In this document: in pieces, positions 18,978-28,903 of the stretch
How positions within the stretch are numbered: position 1 is the stretch's first letter
How the letters are laid out: every line of letters starts with the position of its first letter
Assembly (NCBI GenBank): GCA_903821355.1
Contig: CAIJKW010000049.1
Coordinates: 1-56,057 of the forward strand
Direction: 5' to 3'
DNA: 56,057 bases
DNA from: an uncultured bacterium
GTDB lineage: Bacteria > Patescibacteriota > Minisyncoccia > Phycocordibacterales > CAIZLB01
Program-made: the position numbers and the translations under genes
The notes under the pieces: model-generated
Seen by the model: the letters and a program-made list of their open reading frames with translations, nothing else
Databases searched by the model: none
Told to the model about the DNA's origin: nothing

Positions 18978-19775
18978 CTAAAATAAGTTATCCACAACTA
19001 ATTTAATAGGGCAGTGATCTGAACCAAAAAAACTAGATTCTATTGTGCAAGATTTAACCTTATTTAGTATATCTTTCGATATAAAAAAATAATCTATTCT
19101 CCATCCAACATTTCTTTCTCTTGAAAACGTTTTCATGTCCCACCATGTATAAGCGTTTTTTACATCCGGATTCAGTTCTCTGAAAACATCTAAGTAATTT
19201 GATTCAATAAATTTATCAATCCAAAATCTCTCTTCTGGCAAAAATCCTATACTTTTAACATTTTCTTTTGGTCTAGCTAAGTCAATTTCTGTGTGAGCGA
19301 CATTGACATCGCCGCAGAAGACCACTTTTAAGCCTTTGTTTGTAAGCTTTTTACAGTATTTTAAAAATTCCTTATAGAAATCTAATTTATATTGCAGTCT
19401 TTCCGGTGCACCACCACCATTCGGAAAATAACAGTTTACGAGAGCCCATTTGTCAAAAATTAAACTTATCATCCTACCTTCTTGATCCATTTCTTTGACA
19501 CCAAATCCGTAATCAATTTTCTTTGGTTGTGGCAATATTTTTTTCATATAAATAGCAACTCCACTATAACCCTTTCTTGTTTTTGCATGATCAAAATAAC
19601 CAACATAACCATCGGGATTTACAATATTATTATCAAGCTGTTCAACATGCGCTTTTGTCTCTTGAATACACACAAAATCTGTGTTCTGTTGTATTAAGGA
19701 ATCAAAAGCACCTTTTTTGTATATTGCCCTAATTCCGTTTACATTCCATGAAGTTATACTTATTTGTTTTTTCAT
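18978..19775 (-). CDS. xth: Exodeoxyribonuclease III (AP endonuclease)
   Basis: SWNVNGIRA, CIQETK, GYSGVA, EGR, YFPNG, GDVNVAH, GWRIDYF, SDHCP. Confidence 0.97.
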   Translation of the reverse strand: MKKQISITSWNVNGIRAIYKKGAFDSLIQQNTDFVCIQETKAHVEQLDNNIVNPDGYVGYFDHAKTRKGYSGVAIYMKKILPQPKKIDYGFGVKEMDQEGRMISLIFDKWALVNCYFPNGGGAPERLQYKLDFYKEFLKYCKKLTNKGLKVVFCGDVNVAHTEIDLARPKENVKSIGFLPEERFWIDKFIESNYLDVFRELNPDVKNAYTWWDMKTFSRERNVGWRIDYFFISKDILNKVKSCTIESSFFGSDHCPIKLVVDNLF

Positions 19776-19814
19776 TTTTTAAAAGACATTAATCGGACAT
19801 CGCTATTAATTGCA

Positions 19815-20732
19815 TCATTTATTACTCTTATCTCTAAGTCCGTGAAAATTCTTATGTATGTCCTTTAGATGCTTATCAGTCACGTGAGTATATATTTGTG
19901 TTGTTGATATGTTGGCATGACCTAATAATGCCTGAACTGAACGTAAATCAGCACCATTTTGCAACAAATCTGTTGCAAAACTGTGTCTTATAACATGGGG
20001 TGTTACTTTTTTTGAAACTCCTGCCTTAATTGCATAGTGTTTGACAAGCCTTTCTACAGATCTCGGTGTAATTCCAAACATTAAACCGCTTGTTACATCA
20101 ACTCTTTTTGACAAATACTCTCTTAGGGCTTGTTTTGCAACCTCAGACATAAAGACAACCCTGACTTTATCGCCCTTACCCCTAACTGAGAACTCGTCCT
20201 TGTTCAAATCTAAATCTCGAGGAAGGGAACAAAGCTCTGAAACACGCAGACCTGTTGAGAACAGGAGCTCCAAAATAGCCTTATCCCTAAGTTTCTTTTT
20301 TTCATCCTTTTCAGTATTTGGGGCACTTAAAATCCTATCGAGCTCTTCTATGGATATGTGATCTATTTGTCTTTCAGGAACTTTGGCTAACTCAATGTTG
20401 TCTGGAGATAGTATTTGAAGGCCTCTTTTAGCCAAATACTTCAAATAAGCCCTTAATGCAATCAAATAATAGTTTTGGGTTCTCTTTTTGATTAAATTTA
20501 CCCCTGTTTTTGTTGCAAAAGAACGCCTGTTTAGAAAAAGCCTGTATTCTCTCAGTTTTTCTTCTGTTATTGCATTTGCTGAGTCGGATTTTAAGAAATC
20601 TAGGAAAAGGTTTAAATATCGATCATAATTTTCAACAGTTTTTAGACTTCTACCTTTTTCTATCTCTGTATATTCCAGAAAATGCCGTTTTAAGGTACTC
20701 AAACTAGATACTTGGTCTGTATTGTGCGACAT
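19815..20732 (-). CDS. XerC/XerD-type tyrosine recombinase
   Basis: LFSTGLRVSEL, GKGDKVR, TPHVIRHSFAT, LLGHANISTTQIYTHV; ATG 20732 follows a TGn-TATAAT box. Confidence 0.93.
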   Translation of the reverse strand: MSHNTDQVSSLSTLKRHFLEYTEIEKGRSLKTVENYDRYLNLFLDFLKSDSANAITEEKLREYRLFLNRRSFATKTGVNLIKKRTQNYYLIALRAYLKYLAKRGLQILSPDNIELAKVPERQIDHISIEELDRILSAPNTEKDEKKKLRDKAILELLFSTGLRVSELCSLPRDLDLNKDEFSVRGKGDKVRVVFMSEVAKQALREYLSKRVDVTSGLMFGITPRSVERLVKHYAIKAGVSKKVTPHVIRHSFATDLLQNGADLRSVQALLGHANISTTQIYTHVTDKHLKDIHKNFHGLRDKSNK

Positions 20733-20921
20733 AGTACCAAAATTATAACACCTAGAACCCAGTAAAGACAAGGATTTACGCAATACTAGCCTTAACTCAG
20801 ACTGGCATGATTTTGATTATTTGGCTGGCCTGAACTTAATTGTCTTATGAAATAGCCAAAATACCTATAAAAGCCCTAAATACTTGCTCACAACAGTCTT
20901 TTATGATACTATCAGAAGACC

Positions 20922-21197
20922 ATGTTAACCAAGACAAAGAAGCAAAAAATTATAAAGGAAGTACAAATTCACGATACTGACACAGGAAGTGCAGAGGCAC
21001 AGATTGCTATTTTAAGTAAAAGGATAGAGGAATTAACTAAACACCTTAAGACTCACGCTAAGGACAACCACTCAAGAAGAGGTCTTTTGCAGATGGTTGC
21101 AGACAGACAAACCCTCTTGAAATATCTACAAAAGAAGAGTTCCTCAAGATACGACGCTGTTACAAAGAAGCTAGATCTGAAGAGAAAGACAGCCTAA
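20922..21197 (+). CDS. rpsO: 30S ribosomal protein S15
   Basis: DTGSAEAQIAIL...HLKTHAKDNHSRRGLL. Confidence 0.98.
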   Translation: MLTKTKKQKIIKEVQIHDTDTGSAEAQIAILSKRIEELTKHLKTHAKDNHSRRGLLQMVADRQTLLKYLQKKSSSRYDAVTKKLDLKRKTA

Positions 21198-21404
21198 ATC
21201 AAGAGTTAAGTCACAGAAACAGAAGCTTAGGATTTTAGGTATACAATTTTTGAAATACAAATAATATCATCATAAACATTAGGATTGATATAGGACAAGA
21301 CGATTTTAATTTGATTTGCGATTAGTCTTTGGTTAAATACATGGAATTTTTAAAAGACAAATTTAAACCATATTAATTGGTTCATTTTAAATATAATATA
21401 AAAC

Positions 21405-22157
21405 ATGACAGTAATTAAACACAAACAACAACGTGTTGGAGTTTTTATTGATACACAGAATCTTTATCACAGTGCAAAAAATCTATATCACGCAAGAGTA
21501 AATTTTGGAGCAATAATGAAAGAGGTAGTAGCCGGCAGATCTCTAATTAGAGCAATCGCTTACGTTATAACAACAGAAAGTGGTGATGAAACTAACTTTT
21601 TTGATGCTTTAGGAAAACTAGGAATAGAAACTAAAACAAAAAATCTACAAATTTTTAGCGGAGGAGCCAAGAAAGGGGATTGGGATGTGGGGCTTGCGGT
21701 TGATGCTATTAAACTGGCACCTAAATTAGATACCGTTATCATAGCATCAGGAGATGGCGACTTTATTCCGCTTGTAGAATACCTTCAAACAAACGAGGGT
21801 TGCCAAGTAGAGGTTATATCATTTGGAAAATCTTCTTCACAAAAATTGAAGGAGGTTGCTGATGACTTTATTGATATGTGCGAAACTCCATCAAAGTATG
21901 TATTGATGCAAAACACACAGACAAATTCATCGAAACAACCCTTGAGACAAAGCCAGACACCTCAATCTATAGATGTACAGCCACAACCAAGACAGAACAA
22001 AGAGAACCCTAGGAGTAATTTAAAAACAAAAAGACAAGTAAAATCGAACGCCAGATCATCAAGTAATAGCAAAATAAATCACACAAATCACGGTGATGAA
22101 GGTAATTTTGACTTTTTCGACTCAGAAACAAGACCTGATTCTAAATTTGATATATAA
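21405..22157 (+). CDS. NYN-domain (LabA/DUF88, PIN-like) protein with disordered tail
   Basis: VFIDTQNLY, KGDWDVGLAVD, SGDGDFIPL, LKEVADDFID. Confidence 0.9.
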   Translation: MTVIKHKQQRVGVFIDTQNLYHSAKNLYHARVNFGAIMKEVVAGRSLIRAIAYVITTESGDETNFFDALGKLGIETKTKNLQIFSGGAKKGDWDVGLAVDAIKLAPKLDTVIIASGDGDFIPLVEYLQTNEGCQVEVISFGKSSSQKLKEVADDFIDMCETPSKYVLMQNTQTNSSKQPLRQSQTPQSIDVQPQPRQNKENPRSNLKTKRQVKSNARSSSNSKINHTNHGDEGNFDFFDSETRPDSKFDI

Positions 22158-22165
22158 TATTATCA

Positions 22166-23296
22166 ATGGATCCAACAGAACAAAAAACAACGCACTCTTA
22201 TCCAAACGCCGACAGAACTATTGGTGGTGATAACTCTGTATTATCTGACAATGTAAAGCCGTTAGTTCATATTTCAGATGTTATATCATCTATCGGACCA
22301 AAGCCTGAAGACCCATCTTACAAAACAAACACTGTGCACACATTTAAAGATGATATGGCTAGCGAAGCATCTAAGGGAAATTTCTCTATTGGGAAAATAA
22401 TGGCGGCAAACAATAAGAAGATTCATGAATCTTCAAGTAATGTTATATCTGTTGAGGATAAAAGTAAAAACTTACCCGTTAAAATATTGATATTTATTAT
22501 TTGCATACTGATAATAACGGGGTTTTCTTATGCTGGTTTCAAATTTGCAAAAACTCCAGCAGAGATAAGTTTGCAAGAAAATCCAACTCAACAAATAGCT
22601 GGAGGTATACTATATTCGGAACAAAGTGTCGGAATAAATATAAAAGGCAAGAGCATCTCTAATCTATATAAAGAAATACAATCAAATACGGCTTTTGATA
22701 GTGCATTGTCAGGAAAAATTAAATCTATAGTTTTAGATTATCAAGATGGCACAAGCACAATTCAACTATCTTCGGTTGATTTTCTGAATATCATTGCACC
22801 TGGTGCTCCAGATTTACTGCTAAGAAATTTGAAAAAGGAATATGTATTTGGATACTATTATTCTGCATCTGAAGAACCTTTCATTATTTTAAAATCGACA
22901 AATTACGATTCAACTTTTGCTGGTATGCTGGAATGGGAAAGAAACATATATGCAGACATAGGAGACTTAATCTTTAAAAAGGAAGGTCCTTCACCAGCTA
23001 ATAATACCGAAGATCAACCGTCAACAGATTCTACAAGCAGCTCAGCTGTGAACACAAAAAGTACCACAACGACAAATTCTCTACCTGCATCTTCAAACAG
23101 TGTAAAATCTGAATATGATACAGCTTTTGTTGATAAAATCATTTCAAATAATGATACAAGAGTTTTATATAGACCAAATGGCAGTATCGCTTTCTTTTAT
23201 ACATTCTTCAACAAAGATACTATAATTATAACGACAAGCGAAGTAACGCTTCACGAGTTAATATACAGACTTACTTCAGGAAAAATAACTAGATAA
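22166..23296 (+). CDS. Single-pass membrane hypothetical protein
   Basis: 376 aa ORF, one TM (ILIFIICILIITGFSYAG), Ser/Thr-rich loop. Confidence 0.75.
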   Translation: MDPTEQKTTHSYPNADRTIGGDNSVLSDNVKPLVHISDVISSIGPKPEDPSYKTNTVHTFKDDMASEASKGNFSIGKIMAANNKKIHESSSNVISVEDKSKNLPVKILIFIICILIITGFSYAGFKFAKTPAEISLQENPTQQIAGGILYSEQSVGINIKGKSISNLYKEIQSNTAFDSALSGKIKSIVLDYQDGTSTIQLSSVDFLNIIAPGAPDLLLRNLKKEYVFGYYYSASEEPFIILKSTNYDSTFAGMLEWERNIYADIGDLIFKKEGPSPANNTEDQPSTDSTSSSAVNTKSTTTTNSLPASSNSVKSEYDTAFVDKIISNNDTRVLYRPNGSIAFFYTFFNKDTIIITTSEVTLHELIYRLTSGKITR

Positions 23297-23430
23297 ACAA
23301 AATAAGGGGACTGAAATTACTAATGATACTAAGTTATCAACAGAACCTAGCTTATTTATATATATAAAATTTGGTATTTCTTTATAAATTATTTATAGAA
23401 ACTTAAGGTCTAATCTGATACAATGACAAC

Positions 23431-23784
23431 ATGAACCAAGATATACAAAAATACAAAAACATATTAGAAGATAAATTAAAAAAACTAGAAGAAGAGATAG
23501 TTGAAATAGCTGAAAAAGAGAGCGACTCCACATGGGAAGCTATTCAAACAGAAACAAACATTGATACCGCTGACAGGCAAGATGTTGCTGATGCTGTTGA
23601 AAATTATGAATCAAATTCATCTATTACATCCACCTTGGAAAGAGAGATTTTTGATGTCAGAGATGCTTTAGCAAAAATAGAAACTGGGACTTACGGTGTA
23701 TGTGAGGTCTGCCAAAAAGAAATAGAAACTGAAAGACTGGATGCAGAACCACAAGCTAGAACCTGTGAGCTTCACATGAATTAG
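23431..23784 (+). CDS. DksA/TraR-family zinc-finger protein
   Basis: Coiled coil with DxxDxA tip (DRQDVA), GTYGVCEVC...ERLDAEPQARTCELH. Confidence 0.88.
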   Translation: MNQDIQKYKNILEDKLKKLEEEIVEIAEKESDSTWEAIQTETNIDTADRQDVADAVENYESNSSITSTLEREIFDVRDALAKIETGTYGVCEVCQKEIETERLDAEPQARTCELHMN

Positions 23785-23902
23785 GCAAGCTTCATCTATG
23801 GATTTGGCAGTAAGAGTCTCGTCTTAAAGTCGTCTTGTTTTGATCACTTAACCGATGTGTATCGCTGTTTGTTTGTATCTAAAAATAGTTTTGTAAATCA
23901 AA

Positions 23903-25498
23903 TTGTATATATCTTGCAAAGGGATAACTAAGGAAGGCATATTTTGCCAAAGTATTGATGTTGAATTAGACATATCTAGAGGTCTTTTTTCTTTCTTAAT
24001 TGTAGGGTTAGCAGATAAGTGTATAGGAGAATCAAGAGAAAGAATAATTTCTGCAATTAAGAATAGTGGTTTCGAATCTCCAAAAACAAAAAATCATAAA
24101 ATAACAGTTTCCCTTGTGCCTGCTGGTATTAAAAAAGAGGGGGTATTGTTGGATCTTCCTATTTCTTTAGCTTATTTATCAGCTGCTGGTAAGATTGAGA
24201 AAAAATCCCTAGAAAACTCAATTTTTATCGGCGAGTTAGGTTTAGATGGTTCTATAAAAGAAAATGACTCCTTAGCTTCTGTTATAAATTCTTTGTCAAA
24301 AAGACAAAGCAACAAAGGCTTCAATAATATAGGATTAAAAAATGAAGTGATCAACCTGTATAGTAATTTTTCTGATGAACAGATCACTCTAATAAATGAA
24401 CTCTGTTTAAAAAATATCAAGATAGGAAAGTTCAATAATCTTAAAGATCTAACTTCTTTTTTAAATACCAATAAAAAACCTCAAGAATGCGGGGATGTAA
24501 AATTGATAGAAACAGAAAAAAATGGAGGTGGCGTCATAGACAAAATAATAGCAGAAAAAAAATATAATGAAATAAATTTTGAAATAGACAAAATAATCGG
24601 ACAAGAAAAAGCCAAAAGAGCAATATTAATATCCATATGCGGTAATTACAATGTCATAATGTCTGGACCCCCTGGAGTTGGTAAAACAATGTTAGCAAAA
24701 AGCATGCACCAACTTCTTCCAACACCAACTTCGGATGAATATCTAGAAATATTATCTATACACGGCAAACTAGAAAGACCTTTTCGATCACCCCATCACA
24801 CAAGTAGTTATTCCTCGATTGTCGGTGGCGGCACACCAATTAATGCGGGTGAAATTACTAAAGCTCATAAAGGAATATTATTTCTTGACGAACTTCCAGA
24901 GTTCAATAAAAATATTGTTGAATCACTAAGACAACCTTTGGAACAAAAGATGGTGCAGATAAATAGGGCTGAAAACACCATAACGCTACCGTGCAATATG
25001 ATTTGTGTTTGTGCAATGAATCTCTGCCCTTGTGGAAACAAAGGTATACCACTACAGGGGTGTGCTTGCAGCGGTAATAAAATAAATCTCTATAGACAAA
25101 AAGTTTCTAAACCTTTTTTAGAGCGGTTTCATATATCAATAAATCTTCCGTATGAAAATAAAAATATGGAGATGTTGTTGGTCAAAAATAAAATTGCAGC
25201 CGGAGAAAATATAATTAAAACTGGAGATACTCTAACGGGACAAAGCATGAAGGAGATAATTGATAGTTTTGACAATAAGAATGTCAATTTTGTATGGAAA
25301 GATAATGAATTAGAGATGCTTTATAAAGAATCAGAGAAAAGACACTTTTCTATGAGGGCGATTAAACATATTCAGGAAATTTCAGAGACCATTTGTTTAA
25401 TTGAAAATATTCAAAATAAAATAAGCAACAAATCTATTGTAATAAAGAAGGAGCACTTAACTGAGGCTTTTTCTTATAAAAACGATTTACTGAATTAA
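23903..25498 (+). CDS. comM: YifB/ComM Mg-chelatase-like AAA+ ATPase
   Basis: IVGLADK..ESRERI, IGELGLDG, GPPGVGKT, RPFRSPHHT, LFLDELPEF, MNLCPCG. Confidence 0.9.
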   Translation: MYISCKGITKEGIFCQSIDVELDISRGLFSFLIVGLADKCIGESRERIISAIKNSGFESPKTKNHKITVSLVPAGIKKEGVLLDLPISLAYLSAAGKIEKKSLENSIFIGELGLDGSIKENDSLASVINSLSKRQSNKGFNNIGLKNEVINLYSNFSDEQITLINELCLKNIKIGKFNNLKDLTSFLNTNKKPQECGDVKLIETEKNGGGVIDKIIAEKKYNEINFEIDKIIGQEKAKRAILISICGNYNVIMSGPPGVGKTMLAKSMHQLLPTPTSDEYLEILSIHGKLERPFRSPHHTSSYSSIVGGGTPINAGEITKAHKGILFLDELPEFNKNIVESLRQPLEQKMVQINRAENTITLPCNMICVCAMNLCPCGNKGIPLQGCACSGNKINLYRQKVSKPFLERFHISINLPYENKNMEMLLVKNKIAAGENIIKTGDTLTGQSMKEIIDSFDNKNVNFVWKDNELEMLYKESEKRHFSMRAIKHIQEISETICLIENIQNKISNKSIVIKKEHLTEAFSYKNDLLN

Positions 25499-25515
25499 AT
25501 GAGTAGATAAATCTG

Positions 25516-26565
25516 CTAGAAAGGATTTTTACCTCCACGAACTTCAAAGTGTAGATGGACACCCGTAGAATCTCCCGTGCTTCCCATTCTACCAATTTGC
25601 TGACCTTTAGAAACGCGATTACCAACACTCACTGAGTTTTCACTAAGGTGACCATACAATGTTTGTGTTCCATTTGAGTGCTTAATAACGACATAGTTTC
25701 CATAGCCACCATTCCAACCACCACTTTTGCTGATGATCACTGTACCATCGGCCGCTGCCAAGATTGGTACTTTTGATCCACCAAATGATGCTAGATCAAC
25801 ACCATTATTTCCATGGACTCCTTGTGTTCTTACTCCACCATTTACAGGTCTTTTAAAGTATCCGGCGATATTTGAAGAAGGCTTTGAAGGAGTTCCTGAT
25901 TTTGGTTTTGCAGTTTTAGAAGAAACAACTGTTTCAGCCTCAGCGTTTGGAATTATAATCTCTTGGCCAATCGTCAACCCCACGCTTGTATCGACACTGT
26001 TAAAACTAACGATATCACCAACGTCGGATTTGAATTTTTTGGCCAAAAGATCAACAGTATCTCCTTTTTTGACAGTATATTTTATACCTGTAATGGGTAA
26101 TATAACGATGACTTGATCTGGTTTGATGGGAGAACCGGCTTTTAAATCATTAGCCCAATAAATAGTGTTTGGCGTGACATCAAACATTTTTGCAATAGCA
26201 GGAACAGTGTCTCCTTTTCTAACTGTGTACAAACTAATCTGATCTGATGTATTATCTTCAGAATTAAGTGAGCCATCCAAGGAGTTGTTTTCATTTGTAA
26301 ACGCATACCCTTCAATTATAGACTTATCTGAAGCTGTTTTATTGTCTTTTGGTTCTGGACTGTTTACAGCCTGTGACAAAGGCATGTTTATGATAGTCTG
26401 TTTTGGATAAGCGAGCGCTTCTTCTTTTAAAGCTATTGTGTCAGATGCGCTAAGGGATAAAACCTCATTGTTTATTGTCTTGTTTGCACCAAATCCAGAT
26501 TTAACCCAGCTAAAAACGTCAAAAACTCCCGCTTGAACATAAAACGGATAAATTACTATAGCCAA
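25516..26565 (-). CDS. Two-LysM, M23 peptidoglycan endopeptidase; true start probably further upstream
   Basis: YTVRKGDT and YTVKKGDT LysM repeats; NNGVD, GYGNYVVIKH, LYGHL, STGVHLHFEV. Confidence 0.92.
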   Translation of the reverse strand: MAIVIYPFYVQAGVFDVFSWVKSGFGANKTINNEVLSLSASDTIALKEEALAYPKQTIINMPLSQAVNSPEPKDNKTASDKSIIEGYAFTNENNSLDGSLNSEDNTSDQISLYTVRKGDTVPAIAKMFDVTPNTIYWANDLKAGSPIKPDQVIVILPITGIKYTVKKGDTVDLLAKKFKSDVGDIVSFNSVDTSVGLTIGQEIIIPNAEAETVVSSKTAKPKSGTPSKPSSNIAGYFKRPVNGGVRTQGVHGNNGVDLASFGGSKVPILAAADGTVIISKSGGWNGGYGNYVVIKHSNGTQTLYGHLSENSVSVGNRVSKGQQIGRMGSTGDSTGVHLHFEVRGGKNPF

Positions 26566-26714
26566 TACGGTTAAGACAATCGTCGTCTTCGTAGCTTTAT
26601 TTGTCGCTCGTCCCTTGTTTAAATGCGGAATTTTGGTGGGCCTGCCTTCGGGATCGAGGTCTTGAGGGGTTTGTAAAATAACTTTAAGTTAAATTGATAG
26701 AATCTTCTTGCGTT

Positions 26715-26739
26715 GGTTTGGCTTAAAATAAGCCAAACC
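26715..26739. repeat. Perfect 11-bp inverted repeat in the LysM/pcrA divergent region
   Basis: GGTTTGGCTTA-AAA-TAAGCCAAACC. Confidence 0.8.
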
Positions 26740-26871
26740 TACCTGAATAAACCGTATTACTATATATGTTAAAGAGTATTCAATACAAAGTCAACAAAGT
26801 TATGCAGGCCACCATGGTAGTAAAAATAGTCAAATCGGTACATGACCACAAGCATGATATACTTACAAAAT

Positions 26872-28899
26872 ATGCACGCACAAGAAAATTCTAAGGCACT
26901 TAAAGGCTTAAATGATAAACAAAAAGAGGCTGTTATGACACTGCACGGCCCTCTTCTTATATTGGCTGGAGCGGGGGCGGGTAAGACTAAAACCGTCACA
27001 CACAGAATTCTAAACTTAATAGAAAACGGCGTTGCACCTGAGTCAATACTAGCTATTACATTCACAAACAAGGCAGCAAAAGAGATGAGAGAGAGGGTAG
27101 ACCATCTACTTGAAGATAGTAGGGAAATGAATTTGCCAATACATAATTTTTCAAAACCATTTCTCTCAACGTTCCACTCGCTTTGCGTTAATATCTTAAA
27201 GGAATCCGGGTTGGTTATTGGTATTCCTAGACATTTTACAATTTATGACAAAAGTGATTCTAAACAAGCTATAAAAGAGGCTATTAATGCTCTTGGTTAT
27301 GACATTAAGATGGTAGAACCGAACAAAATTATGTCTATAATTTCAAGAGAAAAGAGCAATTTTTCTTCTCTTGGAGAATATGAGGCTGTTAACGGCGAGG
27401 ATCATTTTGGGGCGATAGTTACAGCCGTATGGAGAAAATATTCTGAAGCGCTAAACAATGAAAAAGCACTTGATTTTGATGACCTACTATATAAAACCGC
27501 AGTTTTACTAAAGACAAAACCTGAGATTAGATTGGCATATCAAAACAAATTTAAATATATTCATATTGACGAGTACCAAGACACAAACGGTATTCAGTAT
27601 GAATTGGCTCGTCTTTTGGTGGGATCTGAGCATAACATTGCTGTTGTTGGCGATATAGACCAAGCAATTTATAGTTGGAGAGGGGCTAATATTAAGAATA
27701 TTATGAAGTTTGAAGTGGATTATCCAGAGGCTAAGGTAATTCTTCTTGAAGAAAATTATAGGTCTACAAAAACGATATTGGCTGCTGCAAATGAAATAAT
27801 TAAAAAGAACATCTTCAGAAAAGACAAGAACTTGTTTACAAACAATGAGGACGGAGAACTTATAACCCTTTATAATGCCTATGACGAGGGTGATGAAGCA
27901 AACCATGTTGCAAATACAGCTCGAGATTTAATAAAAGATGGTGGAAATGGTGTTATTGATATAAACAAACCTCTTTCCGCTGGGGGCTGGGGAATTAAGC
28001 CTGAAAAGATCGCGGTTTTATACAGGACAAACTCACAATCTCGTGCTTTGGAGGAGGCCTTTCTAAGAAAAGGTATACAATACCAGCTTTTAGGCACAAG
28101 ATTCTTTGAAAGAAGAGAGGTTAAAGACGTGATCTCTTATGCAAGGGCCGCAATGAATCCAGAAAGTTTGGCTGATATTAAGAGAATTATCAACACACCT
28201 GTGCGAGGAATCGGAAAGGTAACTCTACTTAAGATTATGGCCGGGCAAACGGTGGATTTACCATCCGGAACCAAAATAAAAGTTGATGGTTTTTATAAGT
28301 TATTGAACGATATTAAAAACCAAATCGAAACACAAAGACCTTCTGTTGCTGTAAAATATATTATAGAAAAAACGGGTATAGAATCAGCACTTAAGGCAGA
28401 AAATGACAAAGAGGAAGATAGGGTTGGAAACATAAGGGAGTTGGTAACACTTGCGACAAGATACGATGACATGCCCGGAGTAGAAGGAATAGAAAAATTA
28501 ATAGAAGACGCCGTGCTTGCAAGTGATCAAGATTCATTAAATGAAAAGACTGCAAAGAACAATGGCGACGGTGTTAAACTTATGACAGTGCATGCATCAA
28601 AAGGATTGGAATTTGATTATGTTTTTATCACAGGACTTGAGCAAGACTTGTTTCCAAGCGGTAGATCTTCTGAAAGTAAATCTGGTGAGGATAGTGAAGA
28701 AGAACGTAGGCTTTTCTACGTTGCTCTAACTCGAGCTCGTAAAAAGTTATATTTATCATATGCTAACATGAGAACAATATTTGGAAGCAAACAGATTAAT
28801 TTACCGTCAGAATTTATAGCAGATATTAATGATGATTTAATAGAACAACATAATCAAGAGGAGGTCAGTGGAATAAAATCAATATTTATAGATTTTTAA
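26872..28899 (+). CDS. pcrA: UvrD/PcrA SF1 helicase
   Basis: AGAGAGKT, TFTNKAA, DEYQD, GDIDQAIYSWRGA, NYRS, TVHASKGLEF, EERRLFYVALTRA; ATG 26872 chosen from -10 spacing. Confidence 0.96.
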   Translation: MHAQENSKALKGLNDKQKEAVMTLHGPLLILAGAGAGKTKTVTHRILNLIENGVAPESILAITFTNKAAKEMRERVDHLLEDSREMNLPIHNFSKPFLSTFHSLCVNILKESGLVIGIPRHFTIYDKSDSKQAIKEAINALGYDIKMVEPNKIMSIISREKSNFSSLGEYEAVNGEDHFGAIVTAVWRKYSEALNNEKALDFDDLLYKTAVLLKTKPEIRLAYQNKFKYIHIDEYQDTNGIQYELARLLVGSEHNIAVVGDIDQAIYSWRGANIKNIMKFEVDYPEAKVILLEENYRSTKTILAAANEIIKKNIFRKDKNLFTNNEDGELITLYNAYDEGDEANHVANTARDLIKDGGNGVIDINKPLSAGGWGIKPEKIAVLYRTNSQSRALEEAFLRKGIQYQLLGTRFFERREVKDVISYARAAMNPESLADIKRIINTPVRGIGKVTLLKIMAGQTVDLPSGTKIKVDGFYKLLNDIKNQIETQRPSVAVKYIIEKTGIESALKAENDKEEDRVGNIRELVTLATRYDDMPGVEGIEKLIEDAVLASDQDSLNEKTAKNNGDGVKLMTVHASKGLEFDYVFITGLEQDLFPSGRSSESKSGEDSEEERRLFYVALTRARKKLYLSYANMRTIFGSKQINLPSEFIADINDDLIEQHNQEEVSGIKSIFIDF

Positions 28900-28903
28900 A
28901 ATT

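Noticed and set aside
19815-20732. Tyrosine recombinase as an integrase of a mobile element or integron
   Set aside because: Xer-like size and motifs, housekeeping neighbours, no att or attC sites or cargo seen
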